Below the pieces are notes generated by a model that worked only from the letters and a program-made list of their open reading frames with translations, had not been told where the DNA came from and searched no databases. Of a DNA stretch of 64,000 nt, positions 23,299 to 36,325 are shown piece by piece (position 1 is the first letter of the stretch; the number at the start of each line of letters is the position of its first letter). The DNA comes from Macrostomum lignano (Eukaryota), in NCBI GenBank assembly GCA_002269645.1, contig NIVC01000283.1, positions 434,001-498,000 on the forward strand. Direction: 5' to 3'. Both the position numbers and the translations under genes were made by a program.

Positions 23299-24899
23299 TA
23301 CCTTTTAGAAGAATTGACATCCTCGGCGAATAGACGAGCAATATTTTTGCTCAACAAGTTGTCTGGCATTTGTCGCAGCTTGTATACGCAATTCTGTCAT
23401 CCCATCCAGTGTTTTTGGTAATTCGAATTTTGGAAGTTTTTCGGATTAAGAAATTAAGACAAAAATTATTTGTACGTATCGTATTTTACATGACCTTCAA
23501 AAAAGCAATGTAAGCTGTCGATGGCATAGCAGTTCGGAAAAGAAATGTAGTTCAACAAACAACTGCGTGCTTTTACACCGAAAGCAGGCTTGTTGCGAAT
23601 GTTAGCAAGTTGACAATACTCATTGTGAGTAGCTGCTGTTCGCAGAGGAAAAATTTGGTTCTTGTCAAATCGGAAAACCCAATTTGATCCCTTTTGAGAC
23701 ACTTTTATACTCTCGCCAAGATGGAGACACTTCGGACAACTAAATGCCCCATTGAACTGACGAATGCAAAAGAGCTTAGCAAGAGCTGGTAAATCACACA
23801 CAAATAGTGTGCAATGGACGTACACACAATAGTCCAAAAAATCAAACTGCTTCGGCAAGCGATTCATTAAATCGGACAAAAAATATTGAAAGTTAGGAAC
23901 GGCCCTGGAGGAAACAAGGGCTATGAGAATTAGATTGGCAAAGCGTTGACGAATGTGCCCTGGGAGATTCAGAATTTGGGCTTGAAATGGCCAAAAACTG
24001 CTCTGAATGCTTTCGAAAAAGTTGGCACCATCAGCAGATATGAGAAGATGCAAGTGGAGTTCTTTGCCTGAAGATAGCTATAAATTTTGCTTGTTCACAA
24101 TTTCAGAATTCAGGACATCACTGTTTCTACTCATTCGTAACTCCTGCTCATACTGGAGAATTGTTCCAATGTACCTAGTCAAGATGACCCGGAGCTGAGG
24201 AACAATGTCTAGAAGAGTCACGGTGGCTTTTGCCTTTAGAGGATGAACATCACATTTGCCTTTGCATTCACTGCAAACAGAAATCTCGGAAACACAGCTG
24301 TCATTAATAGAACAAACATTGTTTAGTCTCGACTTAAGCACTTTAGCGCTGGTTGGAAATGTGTGGGGCCCTGCACCCCGAAGAAGAACAGAAGCAAGCT
24401 TTAATAGCCTATCGAGAGCTGCCTCAGAAACCCCCGATGTAATGACCCATTGGTAGATTAGAGCGGCTTGTACATCAGGATCAGAAATGGTTGATAGACT
24501 AGACAGATTTTTAATGTCCTCATCATCTGGCACTAAATCATCAGAGCAAGCAGTGGCAGCAGTGCTAGTCCGCTTCAGATCGATTTCAATGCTAGGTACA
24601 TTTGCATTCGCACTGATATTGCTCAATGATGAAATATCAGAAGGCGAACTAATGGACTCGCATAAGTGCGCCGAATAGTCAGTTGAGAGAGAAGGCTCGC
24701 TTTCATTTTCAGACTCTACCATAATTTGTTGAAAAAAGAACTAATTACTTTTGATTATAGAGCAAGAGAGAATTCATGCATTTTTGAATACTTCAGACAA
24801 AATTATGAAAGGAAATACATTGTAGTAGAAAAAAATAAGCACATGCAAACAGAAGTCAGCATACAGGATGCACCCATGTCCATGAGAAGAACGACAATC

Positions 24900-26680
24900 T
24901 TAGGCCGCTGCTTCAGCAGCAGATCGCTTCCTGGAACGCGTTTCTTCCCTGGCTAGCTGGTTAAGATGATCGCGGACAGACTGCCATATTTCGCTGAAGT
25001 TAAAGCCAGATGTCCGGTAGCACAGCTGCAGAAGACCTGGAAGACGAAGTATTTGGGGGATAGAAATGGTTGAACTTAATACTTACAATTACGAAAATGC
25101 CCTCCATTTGCAAAATTGGTGCATGCCTAAAAATCACCTCTTAATTAATTACAATAAAATTGAGTCTAGATCTCAGTTCCTGGTCTAAATTCAAACTTAC
25201 ATTTAATCTTTCTATAATTTAGAATTGTTAGCAAGATAAAGTTCACATAAACTTAAAGTTCATAAAGTTCTTAAAGTTCACATAAAGTTCTCATAAACTT
25301 GTTTTTTCAAATTAATTACACTAGCATAGTACAAATAACATTACGCTGAAATTCAGCCACATGCTCAGCTGGAGCTGGTCGCCGGGCACTGCGTCGCCCA
25401 GAGGAGGAGTCGATAATGTGCTCTATTAGGTACCCTTCACCAAAGCGATGCTTGATGTAGCGCTTAATGAAGACCTTGGGGTCGTTACACAAAATTGATG
25501 AAACAGTAGCCAGAGATCCATCAATGCATCTGAACTCCTAAAATCAGTATATATAAATAACTATAAGTATGTTAACCAAAAGTACAATTTGCTAATACTC
25601 AGAAGACCAGAGCTACCTCATCTTGATACTCCTTAATTGTCAGCTGGCCACCAAAGCTGACATCCTTCCTTAGAAGGCGACTCATCCTGGCCATTAGGCG
25701 CTTCTCAAGTGCAATTAACTCAGCCCGGATGAACTCTTTGATGTCTAAAAGTAAAGATGAGCTTAATGAGGCTTACTAATTTTTAAATACTTTTACAATC
25801 AGCAAAACACAATGGAAACCATTTTTACCTGACACAGATTCAGCATTGTGACTGGCTCATGAACATGAACAATTATAAAAATGAACAGAATTTGTACTAA
25901 CTTGAGTCCATGAAGCTTGCAGCTTGTGCAATTTCATTGGTTACAATGCCAACCTCCTTGTCAAAAACAGAAGCCACTTTAACTAAAATGGAAACAAGCT
26001 CTCATTAAAATATTAAAATATCAGAAGCAAACATTTGTATCTATCTTTAAAGATGAAGCCCAAAGAGTTTCTTACCCATATGCTGAGGCACTGATTCCAG
26101 GAATGAGCTTTGTTGCTCATCATCTACTCCAGCTAGGTCATACATGTCATTCAGAAGGTCATGGTCATGTAAACTAGGCTCAATAGCCTGCTGGTTAGAG
26201 GTAGACTTCAACTTGGATGCTGAGTCACTCTTCCGAAAATGCTCAATTGCCTGTTCTATAAGGCTATCTGTATTCTCTGCCTCACTAACCAAGTTTGAAA
26301 GTTGGTTCATGGCAGAAGTGATATGGCTCTCTGTTCCCTTTGCTACTAGGGTAGCAGCAAAGAGCTTACGATACATGTGAAGAAACACTTTGTTTCCCTA
26401 AAAATAGGAAAAAAGAAATCTGGTTTATTATTAATAAATTATTTTTTTGATTAAATTTTTTAAAAAAATCAAACAATTCTCTTACTTGTATCAATTGAAT
26501 CTTATCTTCATCAGTCATAGACCTTGGCCAATATGGTGAACCAAAAGAAATAGAAACATCATGTGCTACTGAATGCAAAATGAAGCAATAGAAGGTTGAT
26601 GAATAGTCGGTTGTAAACCTTGAAGGCGTCTTTGAAGTCCTTCGGGTAGAAGCTGCTTAAATCACATTCTGAAGTATAAA
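24900..26680 (-). pseudogene. spliced BEN-like accessory gene of the inner CACTA element (5' end not located)
   Basis: Exons 25345-25529 (FIKRYIKHRFGEGYLIEHII...AEHVAEFQ) and 24900-25036 (RLLQLCYRTSGFNFSEIWQSVRDHLNQLAREETRSRKR) splice in phase. Upstream exons lie near 25610-25740 and 26047-26400. Confidence 0.65.
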
Positions 26681-27987
26681 ATTGCCTTTTTGAAAGTCAT
26701 AAAGTCACTAGACCAAAGAGGCAAATGCCATGCATAGATACCTAATTATAAACCAGATACCAGACTACCACATCCAAAACAAAGTAAGATGACGAATAGT
26801 CAGTCAAATCTCAATGGGATTTGAGCATATAAAAACAATCAAAATATTTTGCATTTCATTCCAGCATATTTATTACAGCTATGTATATATATATATATAT
26901 ATGTGTGTGTTTATAGCCATATTGAAAAGTAGATACCTGAGCAAAAAAGGCAACTTGCCATAGTTTTGTTACACTAATAATACAATGCATATACCAAATG
27001 TGGAGACCTATGTTGGTTTGGGAAAGAGAAATCAAATGCCATAGGTCAGGAGAATTACAACTCTGTTTAAGCTTAGACATTGCATATTCTTATTACTTTA
27101 TATGATGTAAATTAGAATAGGATGCAGATTTCCTTTGTCTCCTTTATTAGGTGTCCACCTTTGAGGATGGTCTAGACATGCCAAGTAGTCCTAATAGTAG
27201 CCTAATATTATTATTAATAAAGACTAGGCCTAATCTAGACCATAATAATAGCCCCTAGCCTCTATTTTGCCTTTGGGTCTATCCTTGACCCTAGAAATAA
27301 ATAGATTTTTGAAGGACAATTCTAACTTCATAAAAAGTAAAATAAATATAAGTAACGATAATAATATGCTTTATTGTCATTGTCATACTCATATATCTCA
27401 TAGATAAAGCCTTATAAATATGTTTATACTGCATAGAGCCTAGTATAAGCCTAGTCTATATTAAAACAAAGATTAGGCCTAGTGCCTAAGGAACCTATAT
27501 GATATAGGCCTAGCCCTATGTGGGCCCTATAATATATTAGGCCTAGGCCATATATTACAGGGCCACAAGGGCAACATCTCAGTGAGTCAAATGTTACATA
27601 GCTATTAGCCAATAAATATAGGTGTATTATTATTACTAAGCTTCACAAAGGCAAGGCATACAAAATTATATTCATTCATCATATTGGCATCAACTTAACA
27701 TTTAACAATGGCAATAGTCAATACCAATATTAATGCATCAATAAAAGCTATTGTAGATAATATACATTATTATCTACAATATGTATATTATCTACAATAG
27801 CTTTTATTTTTATTTTTTACTTTACTAAAGTTCATTAGCAAACAAATTGCAGTTGAAGGAACCTATTAATAAAGAGCAGGATATTAACTTTGAGCAGGAT
27901 ATTACAAAATAGAAGAATCGAGAATTCTACTCTTTGCAGACAACAACAAAGTTTGAAACACAGAGCTGAAAGCTTTAAAGTACCGTA

Positions 27988-28720
27988 CTATGTTATAGGC
28001 CTAACATTGTGCACGATACTAAGATAATTCCATTTCAGCGCACCATTCATTTTAGTGTTTTCATTATGATTTGTGCAGATGTGCATGAGAAGAAATAACA
28101 AAAAGAACACAACTCTAATTTTAAATGAAGATGAAATGGTATTCCGGTCACCACAGATCAACTTTTTTAATGAATGCCTTTCTGTGCTACGTTCATTTTC
28201 AGTAACATTCTCGAACAATTTTAATTCTAAAGCTATGTGTGGGATACGATGGGACAAAAAAGAGTCCATGCATGGAAACAACATGGTCATGCATGGTTTA
28301 TGCATGTAATCATGGACCATGTATGGATAATCCATGATTGGAGTCTAGCGTAGGCCACTTTCTTGGTTCTGCTTCACCTTCCCCTATCTTTCGTTTTGGG
28401 GTGGTGGCATAGGCTTCAGTATCAGAGATGACGGAATTTGCTGCAACTGACGGTGTACTCAAAGGCGTAGTTGTCGTCCCATGAGCAGGATCCTGAAGAA
28501 GTGTTTCACCTTCCCGCAGAAGCAATAAAATTTTGGACGAGTCCTTTGCCAGCTCCAGCAGCAGGTCATCATCGTCCACCTCAAACCCATCGGCAGTGAC
28601 AATTCGAATCTGCTCGTCAACAGGGATATCAAGCTTTTGTGAGGCTTTTCGTTTCAGATCTTCGAGCGAGGATGCCACAACGAGCACCTTCTTAGCTTGA
28701 GTATTGTTGCAGATTCGAAG
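27988..28720 (-). pseudogene. CIDE-N domain ORF downstream of the family-B EnSpm transposase (probable truncated transposon ORF2)
   Basis: Exon after the acceptor at 28721-28723 reads LRICNNTQAKKVLVVASSLEDLKRKASQKLDIPVDEQIRIVTADGFEVDDDDLLLELAKDSSKILLLLREGE, matching the CIDE-N pattern; a further fragment lies at 27988-28335. Confidence 0.7.
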
Positions 28721-29800
28721 CTGAAATGCGAGGGGTATGGGAGGTATGGGGGTCATGCATGGGTATGGGGGGAGAATGCATGAGTATGGACTGGAGATGT
28801 TGGGATTGGAGATAAGGATGAATAAAATAGCAAAGCACAAACTAAGGTTTTTCTTGCTGCTAAAAGGTGAATCCAGCAAATAATTTTATTAAAACCAAGG
28901 CCTAGTCAAGAGGGGGGAAGCTGAGTCATGAATAGGACAACTCCTATAGACCACGACTTGCAATAGAGGAGGGTAACAGACTACCTAAGCTTTGAATTGA
29001 ACATTCTAAATTAATAAGCATTGCCTAACAAAAAAGCTTTTGCATATTTTGTACTGGAGGTTTTGTAAGGCTTTGTGAGAATATGGAGAATGCATCACTA
29101 GGCCTATGGAGGGGATGAAGTAATCAACGCAGATATTGACCTGGAGTCTTGAATGTAGACAGGTGTAAAGCACTAAGTACTGTCAATAGGTGAGCTTAGC
29201 ACCCAACTTTAATTACAACTAGTCAAGAAGCCTAGTCAAGAAGGAGCAAGTCGATCTATCATAAAAAGGACAATGCCTATAGGCCATAATTACAATAAAG
29301 AAGGATAGCAAGCTACCTATACAAGATGCATGATTTCTTTAATCAAATTGAAAGAGACTACTGGGACAATCTTTATTTATAGGACACAGGTCTTTAAATT
29401 GTTTTAGGCAAAATCTACATATATATCCACTAGAAAAAAAATTATTTAAACCAAACAAACCATGCATTGATAAATTATCCCCAGTCATAAAGCAAGCAAT
29501 TATAGGCAATGTTATTGTATCATTGATCTGTATATTATTATAAAACAAATCATTTAGCTCAGTAATTAAAGGTGTCATACAAAAGTTTAAGCCTGCCTTT
29601 TTAATGGTTGAATCACAAACAATCGTTGACAAGAAGGATAAATTAAGAGAAGAGTTTCATTATTCTGGAATATTTAATATAGAATGATATACTACATAAA
29701 ACTTATATTTTGTTTTAGCTGAACCTTTTGGATTACATATTTCTATTTCATCAGAATATAATTTTAAATAAATTGCATCACCTAATACTAAAGGATTAAT

Positions 29801-30697
29801 TGTCACAGACGTGTTTCCTCCTTCTTCTAGATGCCACTAGATGTCACCAAGTTGTTGTAGGCCCGTTAGCTCTTTCTCCAAATTATCGCTAAGCTGCCTA
29901 TTTTTAGTAGTATTGGCTGTCCTAAACTATAACCTTTCCTATAAATTTTCTCTAATTTCACACGATTTCTTAGAAACCTTGTGATAGCGTGTAGTGCCCG
30001 AGCGGTAAGACACTGTTTAATTTCCTAATTTTAGTCCGAAAGTCTAGCGTTTTCCGAGGATCAAGGGTGTCCAGCAGTAGCTAATCTATTCCTAATGCCT
30101 AATCCTTAATGTCTATTATTAGCCCGCACGGCTTTCTTAGGATCTGTACGATCTCGATCTCCCTACTCAGGTTTCTAGTCTTGAGTCTCCACGACCTCTA
30201 GTTTCCCTATTCAGATCCCTAATTATTGGTCTCCACGACCTCAAGTTTCCCTATTCAGATCCCTAATTCTTGGTCTCCACGACCTCAAGTTTCCCTATTC
30301 AGATCCCTAATTCTTGGTCTCCACGACCTCAAGTTTCCCTATTCAGATCCCTAATTCTTGGTCTCCACGACCTCAAGTTTCCCTATTCAGATCCCTAATT
30401 CTTGGTCTCCACGACCTCAAGTTTCCCTATTCAGATCCCTAATTCTTGGTCTCCACGACCTCAAGTTTCCCTATTCAATAAATATATAGCGAAAACAAGT
30501 CTTAGCGGAAGTTTAAGGTTGAACTCCAATTACTAAGAGTTATTGAGTTTTTAGTTGAGAAACGAGGGTGAGCGAGAGTTGTATATTTGGCGGTCAAAGT
30601 TGTCTCTTTATATAATCGTTGACAAAGGAGGGGGGGTGAGCATAAGACATTTAAACAAAATAAAAAAAGGAATTTTTAACAAAGTATCGTTCTAACA
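29801..30697 (-). mobile_element. solo LTR-like element (family X, copy 1)
   Basis: TGT...ACA termini. A block of ~95 bp (29922-30016) is shared with 35547-35638; contains a 44-bp tandem repeat. The right boundary is uncertain and no TSD was found. Confidence 0.55.
30181..30476. repeat. 44-bp tandem repeat (~6.7 copies) within the LTR-like element
   Basis: ctccacgacctcaagtttccctattcagatccctaattcttggt at 30187 + 44n; degenerate copies at 35810-36013. Confidence 0.93.
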
Positions 30698-33001
30698 AAC
30701 CTGTAATTTAAACAAAAAGGGAAAGAAATTTGCTTATTGGCCAGGATAAAAAGTCGTGATTAGCTACTGTTATAAGTAATATAGATGATTTATAACAATC
30801 TGTCTCAAAATACATTTTAAAAAGTATTTGGAACAAAAAAATACATTGGTAGAAATAGTTGGAGTTGTAATAAGATATTTTAATAAATTTGTATTCTTGC
30901 AAATTGACTTGATCAGATTGGAAATAGGAATATGTTGGATCTTAAAGCTAGTTTTAGATTGAATAATTTCAATTGGTTGGACTAAGTTATATTCATTAAT
31001 AAGAATATCTAAGATTTTGGAATCACTAAGCAAATGTTCGAAAGATAAATTGATCATTTCTTCCATATTAAAGATTTTTTTAAAATTAGAGCTAAGAGAT
31101 GGACAATTTTTTTAAAGAAAATGTTCAAATAAGTTCAAGTAGTCATTGGCAAACTGGGAAACAATGTCTTTGACAAGCTCACAAAGCTGTTTTGATTTGT
31201 CCTTAGGAATACGGAAAAAGTTTTTCATTTTGAGATAATAATAAACAAAATTTTCAGCCAAATGCTTTCTTATATCTTCACGAAGAGTTTCATGTGTCAC
31301 CTCTCTTTCTAATATATCATCAACACTTGGCAACATGCCAATATTAAAGTGATTGTTGTTTGAAGGCTAAAAACCATTCTGTTCATTAATGATTGGACAT
31401 AAATGAGAACTTTCTAAATCTACTTCCATTCCGACTTCTATAACATTACCATTTTCATTTTCATAATTATTTTTAGTTCCTTCTTTTTCATCTACACTCT
31501 TGTCTTTTGCTTCTAAATAGCGATGCATTCTATAAATATGTGTTCTTAGTGATTCTATTGAGTTACAGTTGTGGAAACAATCATTGACTGGACAAGAGAA
31601 AGATTTAGACCCAAAAGAATGATAAAAAGTTATGTGTGTAATAAGTTTGAGAATATTATTACATTTGAAGGCACAAAAATTGCAACTTAAATCCATTTTA
31701 ACATGCAAAAGGCAAACTTTTACTAAGCCTATTTACATAGAACACTCAAACCACTACTATTCTAACCAGGCTAGGCCCTGAACTAAAGTAAAAGTTTTCC
31801 TAGACCTAATTACATGATATGCAATTATGTTAATGTAATTTGTTTTTAATTTTGGAAACAATCAACAAAGCAATGCAGGCGAAGTAAACAGACACACTAT
31901 TACTTTTATTGTTGCACTAACTGAAGCGGCGCTCGAGATATAAGTCTCACGCACAGAATGGTCAAATCGAGATTTTTATTTGTAATGTTTTAACAAAAAT
32001 TAAAGAATATTTTTCCAGAAGGACAAAGTTCCTTTCAGAACAAATATAAAACGGTAAAAATAAAAAGTTTATCAGAAGGCTTCATTTTTATACAATATTG
32101 AAGCTAAAAGCGATTATTTTACGACACTTGCTTTCTTCTATGTGAGCAGGTGAAATATTTTAAAATATATGTTATTGTTCTTCTTCTGGTCTCTCACTTC
32201 TATGGCTCTTGTTTTACTTCAAATATCAATGTGAGAGCCAAATAACTGAGGCGGCGGATTCAACTGACTTTTCCTGATGATGCAAACACTTGATGGTAAC
32301 TTACAGACCGTTGTATTTGATGGTCACAATCTCGAGATGTTATCTTACAAAATATAATGTCTAAGATGGAATTCCAAATAAGAAGCTCGTTTTGTTCGAG
32401 TTCCAAGGGGTTTCTAAGTGTTCGGTGGAACCGAAGGTTCAGTCTATTGTGGAACGTGGGTTGGTTGTTGTTTTAGTTTTAGTGAGTCAATTTATCAGTT
32501 TTAGTGTTTGGGTCGAGACCCTGACAGTGTCAATCAAAAGTAGTCAAAGGAGGTAAGATAGGAGAAGGGCGAAAGAGAGGCGGAAGAGAGAAAAGGCCAG
32601 GGAGGGGCGAGCTTCTTGCTTGGTTAACATGAGCTTTTATAGTACTTTTCAGTCTTGATCGCATTGGATGGTACATAACTGCTTTTCATTGGTTGAGGTT
32701 GGGGTCGTGTCCTCAGCTTTTGCTAGTTGGAGCGCATTCGTTGGTTAAAATACATTCCATCTGGATGGGAGCTTTCTAGAGCCAAAATGTATCACTTCAC
32801 AGGTAGCATATGCTTATGATAATTAATTGCTTCAAAAATCTTCCAGACAAAAAATCTATATTTTGTGAACAAAAGCAAATATTACGACCGAAAAAAGACT
32901 TCAGGTAAAGGGAGAGAGAAATTTCCTGACGTTGCATTTTGGACCTTCTGAGACAAAGGTCCGTTCAAAATCAACAAGGTCCGTATTGTTGATTCACAGT
33001 G

Positions 33002-34234
33002 TACAATTAGGATAGGAAATAATGTCCAACAGGCAACTGCGACTCTAACAGAAAAACAGGCTTTTTTTACGAATTTCTGCTAGACGGCAGTGCTCAATAA
33101 AAGTAGTCATAGTCCATGAAGGAAGTATGTGCGCTTCGCTAAAACGGAATACCCAGTTCTTGCCTTTCTCATATACTTTAATGCTTTCCCCCGGATGCAG
33201 ACATTTAGGCAGCTGAATGCTCGAACGTTTAAATACAAAAAACAAATCAAATACAAAATAGCTTAGCCCGCGCAGGTAGGTCGCAGACTAACAAATTACA
33301 ATGAACAAAAACATTATTCCACATTTTCAGTTTTTTGCCTGAAAAATTGAAAAGCTTACCAAAAAAAATTTGTATTTTCGGATCATAGAGATTTAATATT
33401 TGCGCTTGAAATGGCCAAAAGCTACTTTTAGCATTGTCAAAAAATTAGCTTTATCGGCAAACACAAGTAGATGCAAGTGAATTGATTTATTAGAACTTCG
33501 CTGTAAATTTTGATCCGACACTATTTTCGAATTCAGAACGTCAGAAGTATATGGATTTTCGAATTCAGAACGTCAGAATTGCTAGTGGTCTGTAACTTCT
33601 GTTAATAGTTAAGAATAGTTGTAAGATGTTTAGTCAAGATTTTCATTTTTAGTATACGGACGATCAAAATTAGTGAAGAATTGCTCGCTCTAGAGCGTTA
33701 TGGACAAGCATACAAACAAACAAACCTTAGAGATTTAGTATATTTAGATTGACCGCAGCTGTGGCTTTGCATTCACTGCAAAAAAAGAAGCTCAGAGACA
33801 ACTGTCATCAAGACTGCAAGCTTCTTTAAGCCTTGAATTTAACACCTTTAGGCTAGGTGGGATATTTTGATTAGATATTTTAGTCATGATCAAAATAAGC
33901 TCAGCAGCCTATCTAGCGCAGCTTCAGAAACTCCAGACGTAATACCCCACTGGTAAATCAATGCAGCCTGCACACATGGATCTTATAGAGTTGAAAAATT
34001 CGGCAGATTACTCAATTATTCCTCAAAGTCTACATTGCCTGCATCAGCATTAGCAGGACCGGAAATACTAAAGACCTCTGTTAGGGTTGGGGTTGAGCAT
34101 CCAATACAATACATAGAATTTCATTTAAACAGCTGTTACTTGATGAGTTGTTAAAATGAGAATCTGAAGACAATATTTGGCAGGAGTAAGCCGGTTGACA
34201 AGGATGCTTCAGATTCAGTGGAAGTGTCGGGCAT
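33002..34234 (-). pseudogene. 5' part of the outer family-A CACTA transposase
   Basis: MPDTSTESEASLST..., DPCVQAALIYQWGITSGVSEAALDRLL, QNLQRSSNKSIHLHLL, PKCLHPGESIKV and SCLLDIISYPNC, all colinear with the inner copy; many stops. Confidence 0.85.
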
Positions 34235-34520
34235 ATAAGTAAATATGGACTACCTTTAGGAAAAAATAACGGGCACAGGTATAAACTGATGTAGCTATAA
34301 CAATCTTGACTCTTGATAATCTCATCAGGATATCAAGGCTGCTGATGCCGAATGCTTCTGAGTACGCGTCTCTTCTCTAGCCGGTTGATTAATGAGGTTC
34401 TCTCGTACATACCGACTTCCAGCTATCAAGGTTAAATTGTATACTAGCTTAATGCATCCTTGGTTTCTTTCTAAATTATCTGAACTTAATTATTGTTCTA
34501 GAGGAAACTCCCGTCCTAAT

Positions 34521-35444
34521 ATCCCACCGATTTGTCACCAAGTTGTAGCAGACCTAATCGTTCCTAGTGTTGTATCCCTGCAGCCCCCGACCCGGCAGTA
34601 GGGTGGTCCTACAGGGTACAGTACAAGCGGGTCCTTGCTAAGCCTGCGCGCGGGCGCTAGGGCGACCACTTCCCCTGACAGTCTGGGGCGTCAGGACGCA
34701 CAGGACGCACCCACGCAGCCTTTCCACGAGTCGGGACGCAGTGGTACGGGCCGCCTTCAGCGAGGCGTCGGGACGCATTGGCTGGCGTAGATGTGTAGAG
34801 GCGTACGTTAGGTATCCTACTGCCGTATCAACCCCAACTAGCTGAGTCGGCGTCCGGACACACGGACTCTCTGCCCCCCCCCCCCCCCTAGACAACCGAA
34901 AGAAAGAAGACAGGACGCGCACTTACTTAGTTGGCAGCTGTCGCTCAGGGCTCAGGAAGATGGCCTTCTTTGGTGTATTTCTTTATCAAAGGGGGTCTGT
35001 ATAACTTGGGCTGTGCAACTTGGGCTGTAGATAGCTCTGACCGAGAACCACGTGCACAGAGAGGGGACCGTCGAGACGCGCACCCCTCCAACCTGCCGCG
35101 AGCGATGTTAAATACCACACGCCTGCGGAGGGGGGAGGGCCACGCGCTCTCAACTCCACCACCCCACCAACCCCCCAGCCAACCCCCCCCCGGGGGACAG
35201 CCACCAAGCCCGCCGCCGGCTCAGCCAATCACTACGCGACTGGCTGGCCGTGACCAATCGCCACGCAGGGCGAGCGAACAAATGCCAAAACTTAAGCATC
35301 TGGCTGTGGCAACGCAAAAAGGGGGCCGGTGAATAACAAAAAACTGTAAACAACTAGTTGAGGGGTGACTCAGCCCGCTGGGAGGCAGGTACACAGGCAC
35401 TGCAAAGTGCACAACACAACACTAGCTGCGATTCCACCGTAAAA
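34521..35444 (-). mobile_element. LTR-like element (family Y) with adjacent primer-binding-site-like sequence
   Basis: The minus strand ends ...TGCTACA (34544), then act TGGTGACAAATCGGTGGGAT, similar to tRNA-Leu PBS sequences of the TGGTGTCAGAAGTGGGAT type. GC-rich with CCAAT boxes. Confidence 0.5.
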
Positions 35445-35453
35445 TCACCAAGT

Positions 35454-36325
35454 TGTTACAGACGTGTCTGTACGGACGACGAAAGAGACTTGCCTCTTTC
35501 CTACAAAATCCTACCAAATGTCTGCTTTAAATAGCGTTGGCTGCCCTAAACTATGACCTTTCCTAGAAATTTCTAATTTCACACGATTTCTTAGAAACCT
35601 TGTGATAGCGTGTAGTGCCCGAGCGGTAGGACACTGTCCTATTCCCTAATTCAGTCCTCAAGTCTGGCGTTTTCCGAAGATCAAGGGTGTCTAGCGGTGA
35701 CTAATTTGTTCTCCCAATGCCTAATCTCTTTAGCGCCTATTGTCTATTGTAGCCTGTACGGCTTTCTTAGGGTCTATACGACCTCGAGATTCTCCTTCTG
35801 GCCTCTATCCTGGGTCTTCACGACCTCTGGTAGATTTCCTATTCAGATTCTAGTTTGAGTCTACACGACCTCAAGTTTCCCTATTCAGATCGCTAGTTTG
35901 GGTCTCCACGACCTCACGTTCCCTATTCAAATCCCTAGTTTGGGTCTCCACGACCTCAAGTTCCCTATTCAGATCCCTAGTTCTTGGTCTCCACGACCTC
36001 AAGTTTCCCTATTCTCAAAGAAATAACGAGATGAGTCTTAGCCAAATTTAATTTGTTCCACTAAGAGCTTCTCGCAAACAGCAAGAACTGTTAAGAGCAA
36101 AAATGACAAACAATAAAAGGTTATTTTATTTTAGAGTTGACCCGGATCCCTTTTATACCAATTTTTTGGGGAAGAAGGAATACATTAAAACAAAATTGAT
36201 GAGTTAAAACAAATTTAGCAAGAATTAAAACAAAAAGGGGATAGCATTTAAACAACTAAAGAAATTATTTGATTGGTTGAGAAATTGGTTCGCGCTTAAC
36301 TACTGTTAGTAGAAATAATAGGTTA
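35454..36325 (-). mobile_element. LTR-like element (family X, copy 2)
   Basis: Begins tgttacagacgtgt like 29801 and shares the core block and 44-bp repeats; followed on the minus strand by act TGGTGA. Right boundary approximate. Confidence 0.55.

Larger units (their letters stand above)
20570..24722 (-). pseudogene. CACTA/EnSpm transposase, inner copy: one TAG, split by mariner 2, 3' end fused to an ORF2-like tail
   Basis: ORFs 24078-24722 and 23481-24053 are in frame across a TAG at 24078-24080. Motifs ISADG, SFWP, CDLPA, GAFSCPKC, GVK and IDSLHCFFEGHVKY; it resumes after the mariner with YLLEELT...DWKAKHF...NFHLLLH...GP...FAFES. Confidence 0.88.
29339..31708 (-). pseudogene. degenerate EnSpm/CMC-type transposase with N-terminal C2H2 fingers (family B), interrupted by an LTR
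   Basis: Two C2H2 fingers (CNFC..HITFYH; CPVNDC..HIYRMH), YSDEIEICNP near 29720-29750, and MTGDNLSMHGLFG...GYICRFC. Several stops and frameshifts. Confidence 0.78.
20444..33001 (-). mobile_element. CACTA/EnSpm element (family A, inner copy), 12.56 kb including nested insertions
   Basis: TIRs CACTGTAAATCA at 20444 and TGATTCACAGTG ending at 33001, with TA on both flanks. Clusters of GGTCCG/CGGACC subterminal motifs at 20458-20535 and 32938-32985. Removing the element restores a continuous transposase reading frame in the flanks. Confidence 0.85.
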
